A DNA stretch of 57,648 nt, taken from the IMG/VR virus record IMGVR_UViG_3300032219_002612, positions 1 through 57,648 of that record; one strand, given 5' to 3'. The DNA comes from a virus. Taxonomy: Duplodnaviria > Caudoviricetes. Position 1 is the first letter of the stretch. Each line of letters opens with the position of its first letter. Position numbers and translations under genes: made by a program. Of the stretch, positions 45,592 through 54,584 are shown in pieces. The notes below the pieces were generated by a model, which worked only from the letters and a program-made list of their open reading frames with translations, was not told the origin of the DNA and made no database searches.

Positions 45592-45957
45592 ATGTCTAAA
45601 GAACACAAAGGAACCGACCATTGTTTTAAGCCCGGGGGTGAGCATATGAGTCTTAACGAGCTTATCGACGCAGATACTATGCGTAAAAACCCTGAATATA
45701 TGCAAAGAGAAATTCATCGTGTCCATCAGTTTTACAAACGTGTAACAGATCTGGCAGAAACCAACCATAAAACAGCCTCGACTCTCGTGGAAGAGAACGG
45801 GCGGTTAGAAACAGAGAACGAAGGATTGAGGGAGTTCTGCCAGGAGCTCCTCACATCCTTGGCCGATCTTGAAGGAGAATGCTCAAGCGTTCGCCATAGG
45901 GTTAGGGCCGCCGTCCTCGAATTAATCCCACACCAGAAAGAACAAATAAATGATTGA
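45592..45957 (+). CDS. coiled-coil hypothetical protein
   Basis: 121 aa, SD GGAAGGA. Confidence 0.7.
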   Translation: MSKEHKGTDHCFKPGGEHMSLNELIDADTMRKNPEYMQREIHRVHQFYKRVTDLAETNHKTASTLVEENGRLETENEGLREFCQELLTSLADLEGECSSVRHRVRAAVLELIPHQKEQIND

Positions 45958-46294
45958 ACTATCTATACAAATTAAAAACGAAGTCGGAACTGATAAAATT
46001 AGTATTGAGATTTTGCCTTGGGACAAGGAGGCCAATCCTATTGAGAAAGACGTATTGAGTGGTTTATTTCCGCATATTACGAATTTACTAAACGGTCTAC
46101 TCGGCGGAGAGGGATTCCGCAAAAACGAGGGATTGGCTACCCCCGCTCTTGATCTTGAGTCCAGCATTGTCAATCAAAACGGAGTGCCCACTTCAATCCC
46201 GATGAATGAGGAATACCTTCGCAAGAAGGGGCTAATCGAGCCTGACGGCGGGGTTGAACCAGTTAGCAAAGATTCAGTCATTATTGCGGAGTAA
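45950..46294 (+). CDS. hypothetical protein
   Basis: 114-aa coupled ORF. Confidence 0.7.
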   Translation: MIELSIQIKNEVGTDKISIEILPWDKEANPIEKDVLSGLFPHITNLLNGLLGGEGFRKNEGLATPALDLESSIVNQNGVPTSIPMNEEYLRKKGLIEPDGGVEPVSKDSVIIAE

Positions 46295-46581
46295 TGGCTC
46301 CGGCCAGTTCTAAGCTGGCTGACGAACTTATTGTCGTTCCTTATCCCTTTGTGGGTAAGGAGCGGCAGGAGATCGAGGCTGAATTTGCAACTCTTTTACG
46401 TCATGGGGTTCCGCCCAATGAGGTAGCAGAAATTGTACTTTATGCCTTAGAAATATTATTACACAAAAGAAAAATAACTAAAAATCAGAACACTTACGAC
46501 AGAATCACTTTCGAAATTTCCGATATGCTCGGACGACTGTTGGTTTTTGAGGAAATGTTCCCCTTAAAAAAACAAAAATGA
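46294..46581 (+). CDS. hypothetical protein
   Basis: 95 aa, TAATG coupling. Confidence 0.65.
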   Translation: MAPASSKLADELIVVPYPFVGKERQEIEAEFATLLRHGVPPNEVAEIVLYALEILLHKRKITKNQNTYDRITFEISDMLGRLLVFEEMFPLKKQK

Positions 46582-48368
46582 AAACATACGCAATTGATTT
46601 TGAAACCTACTACGACAAAGATATATCTATAACCACCAAAGGACAATGGCACTATCTCCGAGACCCGGCCTCAGATATCTATATGGTGTCTATTCAAGGA
46701 GCAGACTTAGATTACGTTGGCCCCACGAAAACGGCGCCTTGGGACAGAATCGAGGGGGGTCAATGGGTGGCCCATAATTATAGTTTTGATGGGGCCGTTA
46801 TTGAGAGATTGCGCGAGCTGGGCCAGGTTAAGGTTAAGCCCGCGAGTTGGGATTGCACTGCCAACTTATCTGTTGCGGTTGGGGCCCCAAGAAATTTGGC
46901 GGGAGCTTCTCGGGAGCTTTTAGGTAAACAGATAGACAAGAATCCTCGGGACAAGATGCATTCCAAGAGGTGGGAAGATGTTCAGAACACCGAATTTGGT
47001 AAAGAGGTGTTAGAGTACGCCAGGGAAGATTCGAAAGCATGTTTGGAAATTTATAATCAATACAACGCGTACATGCTTCCGGTTGAAAAAGAATTGTCTA
47101 GGCACACAATTGAGATGGGCTGGAAGGGGATTCAGGTAGACGCTAAGGCAGTTAAAGACGCTATAAAGACTCTACAGAGAGTGACATGGGAGTCAGAGCA
47201 GAAGCTTCCATGGATTGAGGAAACAGAAGGTGTGGTCCTGTCTACAAAAGCATTTAGGAGGGAATGCGCTAAAGCGGCAATTCCTTGGCCAACCTCATTG
47301 GCTGAAAGTTCGGAAGAATGCGCTGAGTGGGAGAAGACCTATGGTGACCAAGTTCCGTTTGTAGGGATCATGCGAGACTGGCGGAAAGCCAATTCCTTGT
47401 TGGCCAAATTAAAAGTAATGGAAAGTAGGATCCGCCCAGACGGGACGATGGCTTACGGCATGAAGTATATGGGTGCCCATACCGGTCGTTGGTCGGGGGA
47501 TTCTAAATTCAATGTGCAGAATCTCCCTAGAAATGAAATGTTCGGGGTTGATTTGCGTGGTTGTATTATTCCTCGCGAAGGTAAGAAATTTATCATTTGT
47601 GATTTAGCACAGATTGAGCCAAGGGTTTTGGCTTGGCTGTCGGGGAATGAAGGTTTGTTGGACGCCATCCGTAGCGGGTATGGTATCTACGAGGCTGCCG
47701 CGAAAAACATGGGTTTATGGGATGGCCCAAAAGGGACATTAAAGAAGATTGACGGGCCATTATATCAACTTGTAAAAGCTATGGTGTTGGGCTTGGGGTA
47801 CGGCGCAGGATCTAAAAAGTTTGCATTAATCGCCAAGATGCAATACGGGTTAGACATTACGGAAACAAAATCAAATCAAATTGTAAATGATTTTAGGTTA
47901 AGAAATGAACCTATCTTGAGTTTGTGGAGAAAACTCGAGAGGGATTTTCAAAAGGCCAAAGCTGACAAGCAATTTGAGGTGGGTCTGCCCAGCGGAAGGG
48001 TTTTAACGTACCGTAACATTATGTCGCAGTGGCCTGAAAAACAACGCTACGATAAAAGTGGGAAGGCGAGAAAGCCGTCCTGGACAGCGTGTGTGGAAAG
48101 AGGAGGTTCTCAAATTCCTTTCTACGGTGGTAAACTATGCGAGAATCTTGTTCAGGCTGTAGCGCGTGACGTTATGGGGCACGCTGTTCTTAGGCTAGAA
48201 AAAGCAGGGTTCCCGGTGGTCATGCATATCCACGACGAGGCCGTTTGCGAAGTTGACAACTCCGTTCCAGCTGGTGAGATTGAACGCCTCATGAGTATTT
48301 GCCCCGACTGGCTTGAGGGTTGTCCAATAGGTGCAGAAGCGACAGATGCGATGAGGTATAAAAAATGA
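46578..48368 (+). CDS. polA: family A DNA polymerase with 3'-5' exonuclease
   Basis: IDFET, AHN..FD, YA..D; TGRWS; motif A DLAQIEPR, motif B K...LGLGYG, motif C HDE. Confidence 0.95.
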   Translation: MKTYAIDFETYYDKDISITTKGQWHYLRDPASDIYMVSIQGADLDYVGPTKTAPWDRIEGGQWVAHNYSFDGAVIERLRELGQVKVKPASWDCTANLSVAVGAPRNLAGASRELLGKQIDKNPRDKMHSKRWEDVQNTEFGKEVLEYAREDSKACLEIYNQYNAYMLPVEKELSRHTIEMGWKGIQVDAKAVKDAIKTLQRVTWESEQKLPWIEETEGVVLSTKAFRRECAKAAIPWPTSLAESSEECAEWEKTYGDQVPFVGIMRDWRKANSLLAKLKVMESRIRPDGTMAYGMKYMGAHTGRWSGDSKFNVQNLPRNEMFGVDLRGCIIPREGKKFIICDLAQIEPRVLAWLSGNEGLLDAIRSGYGIYEAAAKNMGLWDGPKGTLKKIDGPLYQLVKAMVLGLGYGAGSKKFALIAKMQYGLDITETKSNQIVNDFRLRNEPILSLWRKLERDFQKAKADKQFEVGLPSGRVLTYRNIMSQWPEKQRYDKSGKARKPSWTACVERGGSQIPFYGGKLCENLVQAVARDVMGHAVLRLEKAGFPVVMHIHDEAVCEVDNSVPAGEIERLMSICPDWLEGCPIGAEATDAMRYKK

Positions 48369-50494
48369 ACCTTTTTCGTATACCTAATTTATCATCGTCT
48401 ATTGCTAACCCTTGCACACCTTGGGATGGCAATGTCAATCAGCCGCCAAGTCTTGAGCCAGAAGTTGCAAAACATTGGGCCGTTCAGAATTCTACTGATG
48501 GAATGTTTGTTAGCGGATTCGAAGGTCGTGCCGCAGCTATGCGTGTCACCAGAGATAACCCACCAGCAAAGATGCATGCGTTTATCGCAGATTATGATTG
48601 TGAACTTACATCTGAAGAGTTTATCTCTGGGGTTGGATCTAAAGCCAAAGCTGGGTTAAAACCTATGTACGCTCACCGCACTCCGAGTGGGGGTGCGCGG
48701 GTCATTTGGATGTTTGAGACTCCAATGCAGATTCCGGTAGGTCTGCTTCCAGCGTTCTTAAAGCGAGTTGCTAAAGAGCTAGGAGCAAAGCGTTTGTTTG
48801 CTGGGCTTGATGACAATCATGTTAAGCCCGAGCAGTACTACGCTTGGTACTTGCCGATGACCAAGGTGGGAGATGTCCCTTTAAGGACAGAGACTTTGTA
48901 TAGCTGGTTTGCGTCGACGATTGACGCGGACCACAAGTACCGCGGGGAAGGGCCCGTAGAGATTCCGATGGATCGTGTACGTAATCGCGTACATGAAATG
49001 TACCCAGACAAGCTACTCGGTAACCTCGAGGTCAACGGAAGAACCAATGCGTTCTGGACTGCGACCTCAGACAATCCGACTGCTTGCGTGGTTACTCCCA
49101 CCGGAATCGTCAGCTTCTCGCAGGACAAGAGTTTTTATAGCTGGGCTGAAATCCTTGGCGCGGGCTGGGTTAAGGAGTTTGAAGAGGATCGTTTGGGCGC
49201 GCCTCTTGCTAACTATTACTTTGACGGCAAGCGATACTGGAGGCAGGACGGTCGTGGCATCTGGCGCGACACAGACTCCGAGACTACTCGCAAGGATATT
49301 GCTGGTATCTATGGACTGTCTCTTGCTCCAATGCAACGGGGTGGAATGTGTGAAGTCGACCAGACTGTTTTGCGGGTGCGTGAAACACGGCGGGTTGATG
49401 ATGCCGGTCCGATCCTGTTTAGCAAAGAGGAAGTCGTTTACATGGGCGGTCGTACCGTCTTGAATATATCTAGGGTCAAGGTGCTCGAGCCGCGGTCGGA
49501 GCCTTGCGAAAAATGGGGTGACGGATTCCCATGGATTGCAAAGTTTCTGGACGGGTTCTTTCAGCCCCACGACTCGTTGCAATACTTCCTGGCTTGGCTT
49601 CACCACTTCTACGTGTCGGCCAAATGCGGAAAGCAATCTCAGGGCCAAGCGATATTTATTGCCGGTCCCGTAGGTGTCGGCAAGACGCTTATGGGAACTC
49701 AGATTGTATCCAGGCTGATGGGCGGTGGTTGCGATGCCTCGGGTCACATCTCCGGGGAGAGTGAGTTCAACTCGGAAATGTTTGAGGTGGGCGTGCTCAA
49801 CGTCGATGATACTATTGCTTCGACGAGTCACGAAAAACACTTGCTCTTCTCCAACACGGTGAAGAAGTTTGTTGCTAATCGCCGGCATCGTTACCGCGCC
49901 ATGTGGAAGAATCCTGCAACCATCGAGTGGAGCGGAAGAGTATTTGTAACTCTTAATGATGATCCAGACTCTATGAGAGCTGTCCCTTATACGGACGCAA
50001 GCATATTAGACAAGCTAATGTTGTTTAAGGCTTCTTCTAAAGGAATGGACTTCCCGCAATCACAGGAACTTCAGAGGATCCTCGATGGTGAGCTTCCAGC
50101 GTTTGCCCGGTGGTTAACCGACTTTGAAATTCCTGAGGAGTTGAAATGCTCCAACCGATTCCAGGTCAAGTGCTATCACCACGCTGATATTCTTGAAGAC
50201 ACTCGAACCACCCATCCTAACCACGCCTTCTCGGAGTTGCTTGATGAATTCCTCATTGGGTTTAACCAAGCAAACCCCAAAGAAAAAACATGGAAGGGGT
50301 CGGCCACTCAACTGCTCAATCAGATGCTAAACGACGCAACTTTGACTAATTTGACGCGGCACTACGCTTCTACGCCGGAGAAGATGGGGCAGCGATTGGC
50401 CAAGCTGATGACGACTAAGGGTATTGAGCGGGTAACTATTCAGGGCAAGGTGTTGTGGAAAATCCCCGTTGACGAGGCTACGGCTACTGTTTAG
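48365..50494 (+). CDS. primase-helicase (AEP-like N-terminus, P-loop NTPase C-terminus)
   Basis: FIADYD, TPSGG; GPVGVGKT, LNVDD, TLN. Confidence 0.8.
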   Translation: MNLFRIPNLSSSIANPCTPWDGNVNQPPSLEPEVAKHWAVQNSTDGMFVSGFEGRAAAMRVTRDNPPAKMHAFIADYDCELTSEEFISGVGSKAKAGLKPMYAHRTPSGGARVIWMFETPMQIPVGLLPAFLKRVAKELGAKRLFAGLDDNHVKPEQYYAWYLPMTKVGDVPLRTETLYSWFASTIDADHKYRGEGPVEIPMDRVRNRVHEMYPDKLLGNLEVNGRTNAFWTATSDNPTACVVTPTGIVSFSQDKSFYSWAEILGAGWVKEFEEDRLGAPLANYYFDGKRYWRQDGRGIWRDTDSETTRKDIAGIYGLSLAPMQRGGMCEVDQTVLRVRETRRVDDAGPILFSKEEVVYMGGRTVLNISRVKVLEPRSEPCEKWGDGFPWIAKFLDGFFQPHDSLQYFLAWLHHFYVSAKCGKQSQGQAIFIAGPVGVGKTLMGTQIVSRLMGGGCDASGHISGESEFNSEMFEVGVLNVDDTIASTSHEKHLLFSNTVKKFVANRRHRYRAMWKNPATIEWSGRVFVTLNDDPDSMRAVPYTDASILDKLMLFKASSKGMDFPQSQELQRILDGELPAFARWLTDFEIPEELKCSNRFQVKCYHHADILEDTRTTHPNHAFSELLDEFLIGFNQANPKEKTWKGSATQLLNQMLNDATLTNLTRHYASTPEKMGQRLAKLMTTKGIERVTIQGKVLWKIPVDEATATV

Positions 50495-50497
50495 GAT
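50469..50497 (+). promoter_or_regulatory. sigma70-type promoter
   Basis: TTGACG-N17-TAGGAT. Confidence 0.55.
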
Positions 50498-50520
50498 AGT
50501 TGGACGCTCGAAGCACCTTT

Positions 50521-50928
50521 ATGAAGAAACTTGTCATAGCCTTAGCTATGCTGTTCTCAGTCCCCACGTTGGCCTCCAACGTAATGATTGAAATGCAGCT
50601 TAAAAAGCCCACCAGAAAAATTAAGGTAAGGCTTACAGCCTATTGGACTGGTCAGGATCCGGACACATCGAAGTTCAAGTCTTCGACCGGCTACACCTTA
50701 AAGTCTGGAAGGTCATGTGCGGTTGATCCCAAGATCATTCCCTATGGAAGTACCGTGGTTATTGATGGGAAGGAATTTAAGGCGATTGATACGGGTACGG
50801 CAGTTGTTGCCAAAAAAGCATCGCGTGGTAAATTACCGGTTGTGGATCTTTTCTACAAAACAGAAAAACAAGCTATGGTTGCGCTGGGCAATATGCCAAT
50901 GCATCCATGGGTGGAGGTGTACAAATAA
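50521..50928 (+). CDS. exported 3D-domain (MltA-like) peptidoglycan-active protein
   Basis: Signal peptide; TAY...AVDP.IIPYG...A.DTG...VDLF. Confidence 0.88.
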   Translation: MKKLVIALAMLFSVPTLASNVMIEMQLKKPTRKIKVRLTAYWTGQDPDTSKFKSSTGYTLKSGRSCAVDPKIIPYGSTVVIDGKEFKAIDTGTAVVAKKASRGKLPVVDLFYKTEKQAMVALGNMPMHPWVEVYK

Positions 50929-51189
50929 ATGAAAAAACAAAACAGCAAACTAAAAATTAATCGGGTTCCATCTAACCCCAAAGACAAAAAACTGCCGGAG
51001 ATTAAAATATTGGCAGAAAGAAAGATTGAGATGGTAGAATTAGATCTTGACATGGATGACAGGGTTCACGCAGTATTGGTGCAAGCTGGATGGGAGACTA
51101 TTCAGAAAGACAAGCAAGCTTTGGCAAGTTACGCATTTGCTGAAGCACTAAAAGAGTTTGTCAAACGAGAGGAGAAAAACAGTGCATGA
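50929..51189 (+). CDS. hypothetical protein
   Basis: 86-aa ORF. Confidence 0.65.
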   Translation: MKKQNSKLKINRVPSNPKDKKLPEIKILAERKIEMVELDLDMDDRVHAVLVQAGWETIQKDKQALASYAFAEALKEFVKREEKNSA

Positions 51190-51243
51190 TGTAATGCTAA
51201 ACTCCTTCCTCTTGGCGGTTGCTGCGTTACTAGGAGGAGCAAT

Positions 51244-52236
51244 ATGTATATTCTTAACAATCGTTGGGTTCAGGTGCTTGGATTGGTTTCGGTCGCATCC
51301 GTTGCGACGTCGACGGTCGCGGCACAGCCAGTAGAGCTTCGGCGGCCACCGCAAGAACAAAAATCTAATTCCTTATTGGATTCTACGGTAAGGGTACGGG
51401 TAATTAACCCGTCAACGCTATTAACATCTACCGGCACCGGGGTGGCCGTGGAGAATGGCTTGATCTTATCGGCGGCTCATATACTGGGTAAAGGAGGAGA
51501 GATCGAGATCTTGGTTGGTAACGCAGACTCAGCGGAGTCTTTTGATGGCAAAGTTGAGGCGGTAGATTATTTGCTGGACCTTTGTCTTATCAGGATTGTT
51601 GATTCATTTGAAAAGAAGGTTTCCTTACCCCCAGTTAAGATCTTGGCCGATTTCCCCGTACCCACGGGCTCGCGGGTGTACGCGGTGGGCAACCCATTGG
51701 GATATACCCTGACGGTTTCGGAGGGGATTGTGTCTGCGTGCGGGGTTAATTACGGGGAGAAATTCTTATTAACAGACGCTTTGATTAAGAATGGAAACTC
51801 CGGCGGCCCGCTAGTAAACCATAAGGGAGAGCTCATAGGTCTTGTATTGTCGGTTGTAGAGGCCCAGGGAACCCGTGAAGAGGTCGGAAGGTCTTACGGG
51901 AACGTTTTACCCTCTATCGTCATCCAAGAGTTCCTGAGCGATCCTAAGGCCAGCCGAGAGGGTTGGCTTGGGGTGTCGGGTAGAACGGTTGTCACTGGGT
52001 TTGGGAACTTGGCTGCCAGCGAGGGTTTTGAGGTTCAAAAGGTCTTGAGGCCGGAATGTGGTCTCCAGGTGGGCGACATTCTAATGATGATCGAAGACAA
52101 CCCAATTGTATCGTGGCGTAACCTAGCGCTTGCTGTTAGGTCAAAGACTCCAGGGACAAGGTTAAAGAGTTTCGTCTTGCGTAAGGGAGTATTCACGGAA
52201 CTTGGACTGTTGGTAGGGTCTAAGAAAAGTTATTGA
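51244..52236 (+). CDS. HtrA/DegP-like serine protease with PDZ domain
   Basis: GTG, SAAHI (His), DLCLI (Asp), VGNPLG, GNSGGPL (Ser), WLGV and GLQVGDIL (PDZ); signal-like N-terminus. Confidence 0.9.
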   Translation: MYILNNRWVQVLGLVSVASVATSTVAAQPVELRRPPQEQKSNSLLDSTVRVRVINPSTLLTSTGTGVAVENGLILSAAHILGKGGEIEILVGNADSAESFDGKVEAVDYLLDLCLIRIVDSFEKKVSLPPVKILADFPVPTGSRVYAVGNPLGYTLTVSEGIVSACGVNYGEKFLLTDALIKNGNSGGPLVNHKGELIGLVLSVVEAQGTREEVGRSYGNVLPSIVIQEFLSDPKASREGWLGVSGRTVVTGFGNLAASEGFEVQKVLRPECGLQVGDILMMIEDNPIVSWRNLALAVRSKTPGTRLKSFVLRKGVFTELGLLVGSKKSY

Positions 52237-52319
52237 TTATAAGGTGGAAGCACTTGTGCTTTCAGCAAAGAGACTTACGTAGACCATATGTAGGATCTGT
52301 AAGTCCTTGATGCAGTGAT

Positions 52320-52640
52320 AGGGTGGGGGGTCGAATGGATGGTACAATTGTTCCATGTGCTTGAGTATTAGGATTCTAGGATTCGAAGGGTGGTAGGGTG
52401 GGGGGTGTAGGGGTGGTTTTGAACTCGTTGTTCCTACAGCTTTGTGTGTGTGGGCGTGTGTGTGCAAACACCCGGAACGAGTTGGGATACCCCCACCCAG
52501 TGGGACCACCCCCACCCTCTCTTTCTTTATATTTATATATATTAATAGTAAACATACACTTAGACAAGGACCCAAGGTTCAAAATTTGGGTGGGGGTACC
52601 CTTTTTTGACCCCCCACCCCAGGAGACACCCCCACCCTAA
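52320..52640. repeat. iteron-like cluster (7 x CCCCCACCC) with AT-rich core, candidate origin
   Basis: GGGTGGGGG at 52321, 52396, 52588; CCCCCACCC at 52490, 52509, 52611, 52629; AT tract ~52522-52552. Confidence 0.6.
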
Positions 52641-52667
52641 ATCGTAGCCCTTTGGGGATAAATACAG

Positions 52668-52750
52668 TGGGAGGAGCTGGATTTGAACCAGCGAAGGCAT
52701 AAGCCAGCAGATTTACAGTCTGCCCCGTTTGACCGCTTCGGTATCCTCCC
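52668..52750 (-). tRNA. tRNA-Tyr(GTA)
   Basis: Acceptor GGGAGGA/TCCTCCC+A, anticodon arm GCAGA-CTGTAAA-TCTGC, long variable arm, T-loop TTCAAAT; no encoded CCA. Confidence 0.93.
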
Positions 52751-53447
52751 TGAAGTTCTTTAGGAATTCCCCCATTACATAAGCCTTACCCGCCATGATG
52801 TTTGGCGCTCCGGTAAAGTGGTATAGCTTTTTGGCTGGGTTGAAAGGATGTATTGCCGCCTGCAACTGGGCGATAGACGTAAGGTCGTGGCACTTGGTTA
52901 GGTCGAAGCCAGTCCGTTTACAGACGGCATAATTGAACGAAGACTGTTCGAGCCTTGCATCCGAGTCCACACTGTTGGTTACGTGTTTATCCCACAGCGC
53001 CCTAATCTCTTCCAAGAATCCTAGGTCTTTGAAACAAAAGTTTCCTGCATTTATCCCCAATGTCTGTTCCATCTTTGCCTTATCCTCTCTTGGCGCTTTG
53101 TCGTAGGCGTACCATCGGTCAATCATCATCCGCTCTTCGAATACAATCGAGAAATCTTTGTCCCCATGAAACAGATCGTTCGGACCTCCAAAGTAGAGTA
53201 TGTCTGAGTCTAGATAGACGTACCGGTCATAGCCCCTGGGTACTACTTTTGAAGACTTCATGAAACCAGGATATTCCTTGGGGTGCGGTTCTATGACGAC
53301 TTTGTGTTTGAACTTCCCGCCTATTTCTTTGGTGGCCACAATACAAAAGTCCACGTTGCCCGACCAGTCAATACTGTCGAACAACATGTTGATACAAGAA
53401 TCTGCCCCCGGGCTGAAATCAGAGACTGTGTAAACGAGGGTCTTCAA
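52713..53447 (-). CDS. glycosyltransferase (GT-A fold, GT8-like)
   Basis: YVYLDSDILY, INAG, EQ..FNY, HF.G. Confidence 0.85.
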   Translation of the reverse strand: MKTLVYTVSDFSPGADSCINMLFDSIDWSGNVDFCIVATKEIGGKFKHKVVIEPHPKEYPGFMKSSKVVPRGYDRYVYLDSDILYFGGPNDLFHGDKDFSIVFEERMMIDRWYAYDKAPREDKAKMEQTLGINAGNFCFKDLGFLEEIRALWDKHVTNSVDSDARLEQSSFNYAVCKRTGFDLTKCHDLTSIAQLQAAIHPFNPAKKLYHFTGAPNIMAGKAYVMGEFLKNFREDTEAVKRGRL

Positions 53448-53456
53448 CAGCGCATG

Positions 53457-53499
53457 AGTGTATTTTGTCCTTTACAGAAGTCAAAGGAATTGAGACACT
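53457..53499. promoter_or_regulatory. overlapping divergent promoter pair
   Basis: + TTTACA(53471)-N17-GACACT-N9-ATG(53509); - TTGACT(53484)-N16-TACACT-N9-TTG(53447). Confidence 0.6.
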
Positions 53500-53508
53500 G
53501 TTCGGACG

Positions 53509-53727
53509 ATGAAGGCAATCCTTGAGTTTAATCTCCCCGAGGAGGAGACCAATTTTAGATATGCGATGAGCGCACACGACATGGCGATGATTCTTACGGA
53601 TCTTGGAATCTTTCTCCGATCGAAGATTAAACATGAAGTCTCAGACCCCGACCAACTCAACGCCTATGAGAATGTGCGCGATGAACTTCACTCTTTGCTC
53701 GACGACCGGAACGTCACCCTCCCATGA
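53509..53727 (+). CDS. conserved small phage protein
   Basis: MKAILEFNLPEE...LR..IKH family recalled from aquatic phages. Confidence 0.75.
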   Translation: MKAILEFNLPEEETNFRYAMSAHDMAMILTDLGIFLRSKIKHEVSDPDQLNAYENVRDELHSLLDDRNVTLP

Positions 53728-53951
53728 AGCATCGAATCCTATCCCATCTGTATTACGCCCTGGGGCACATATGGAGTTACCCCATGTGTTGGACTGGTTT
53801 TGGTTACCGTTTTTATTCTTGGGCGATGGAGAATTCCGTTAACCACGATATTGACCGCTCGCTTTGGAAGCCCGCACCCGAAAAGAAAATGGCTCGGTAC
53901 CGGACAGCCCCGTTGGGTAAGAAAAAAAGCAGCCGGCGCCGAAGATCGTAA
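53724..53951 (+). CDS. hypothetical protein
   Basis: 75 aa, ATGA coupling, basic tail. Confidence 0.6.
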   Translation: MKHRILSHLYYALGHIWSYPMCWTGFGYRFYSWAMENSVNHDIDRSLWKPAPEKKMARYRTAPLGKKKSSRRRRS

Positions 53952-54584
53952 ATGCCCACACTCAACGAAAACATCCCGAGCTTCAAGGCGATGGTAAGGA
54001 AATCATTCTTTACCAAAGACGAGACAGATAGAAACGAATTCTACAACGTATACGTGTTTGCCTTGCAGTCATACCCCGGGACGATCCTAACTTTCCATGT
54101 CATGACCGATGCAGGGATGCTTCGAAGCCGAGTCCCTATGTCTGAGATTTACACACATGAGCCTACAAACGATATCCCGTTTAATTATAAACAGCTTTGG
54201 GACTGTTTCTCAGAGAACGTGACCGTGACCGAGTACAACTTCCTGGCTTATCACCGCGCCCAGATTGTTTTGAGAGATAGCTCTAAGGTATGGGGCACCT
54301 ACATGTTCACAGTCGATTGGTTCAATAACCCGTACAGTGACGAGCCATCGGATTATAAATGCGGCCATGTGTTCGCCGCGGACGATGGATACTTACTTTG
54401 CATGCCCAACAATCGAATATTCTGGCGGGACTCTAACTGGGTTACTAAAAAGCTTCCCGAGAATCTGAAGCAGTATCGGGTCGATACAGAGTTGCCAAGC
54501 GTGGAGAACCAGTCATCTCGATGGGTGACCGAGGATACGGATAGCTTCTATTACGACATCCATAAAAGAGAGGAATCAACATGA
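53952..54584 (+). CDS. conserved hypothetical phage protein
   Basis: LNENIP...QLWDCFS...YMFTVDW...K.GH...PNNRI.W.D. Confidence 0.75.
   Translation: MPTLNENIPSFKAMVRKSFFTKDETDRNEFYNVYVFALQSYPGTILTFHVMTDAGMLRSRVPMSEIYTHEPTNDIPFNYKQLWDCFSENVTVTEYNFLAYHRAQIVLRDSSKVWGTYMFTVDWFNNPYSDEPSDYKCGHVFAADDGYLLCMPNNRIFWRDSNWVTKKLPENLKQYRVDTELPSVENQSSRWVTEDTDSFYYDIHKREEST

Noticed and set aside
49067-49888. 273-aa antisense ORF
   Set aside because: Shadow of the primase-helicase on the opposite strand; no motifs
52320-52640. CRISPR array
   Set aside because: Repeats are 9 bp, in both orientations and irregularly spaced; the Cas4-like gene is a standard phage replication nuclease
52237-52640. ORFs 52237..52575, 52376..52582 and 52398..52640
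   Set aside because: Low-complexity translations of G/C tracts with no RBS or promoter; region better explained as noncoding
52668-52750. tRNA as attP / prophage boundary
   Set aside because: No integrase, repressor or flanking host genes in the window; genes on both sides are phage-like
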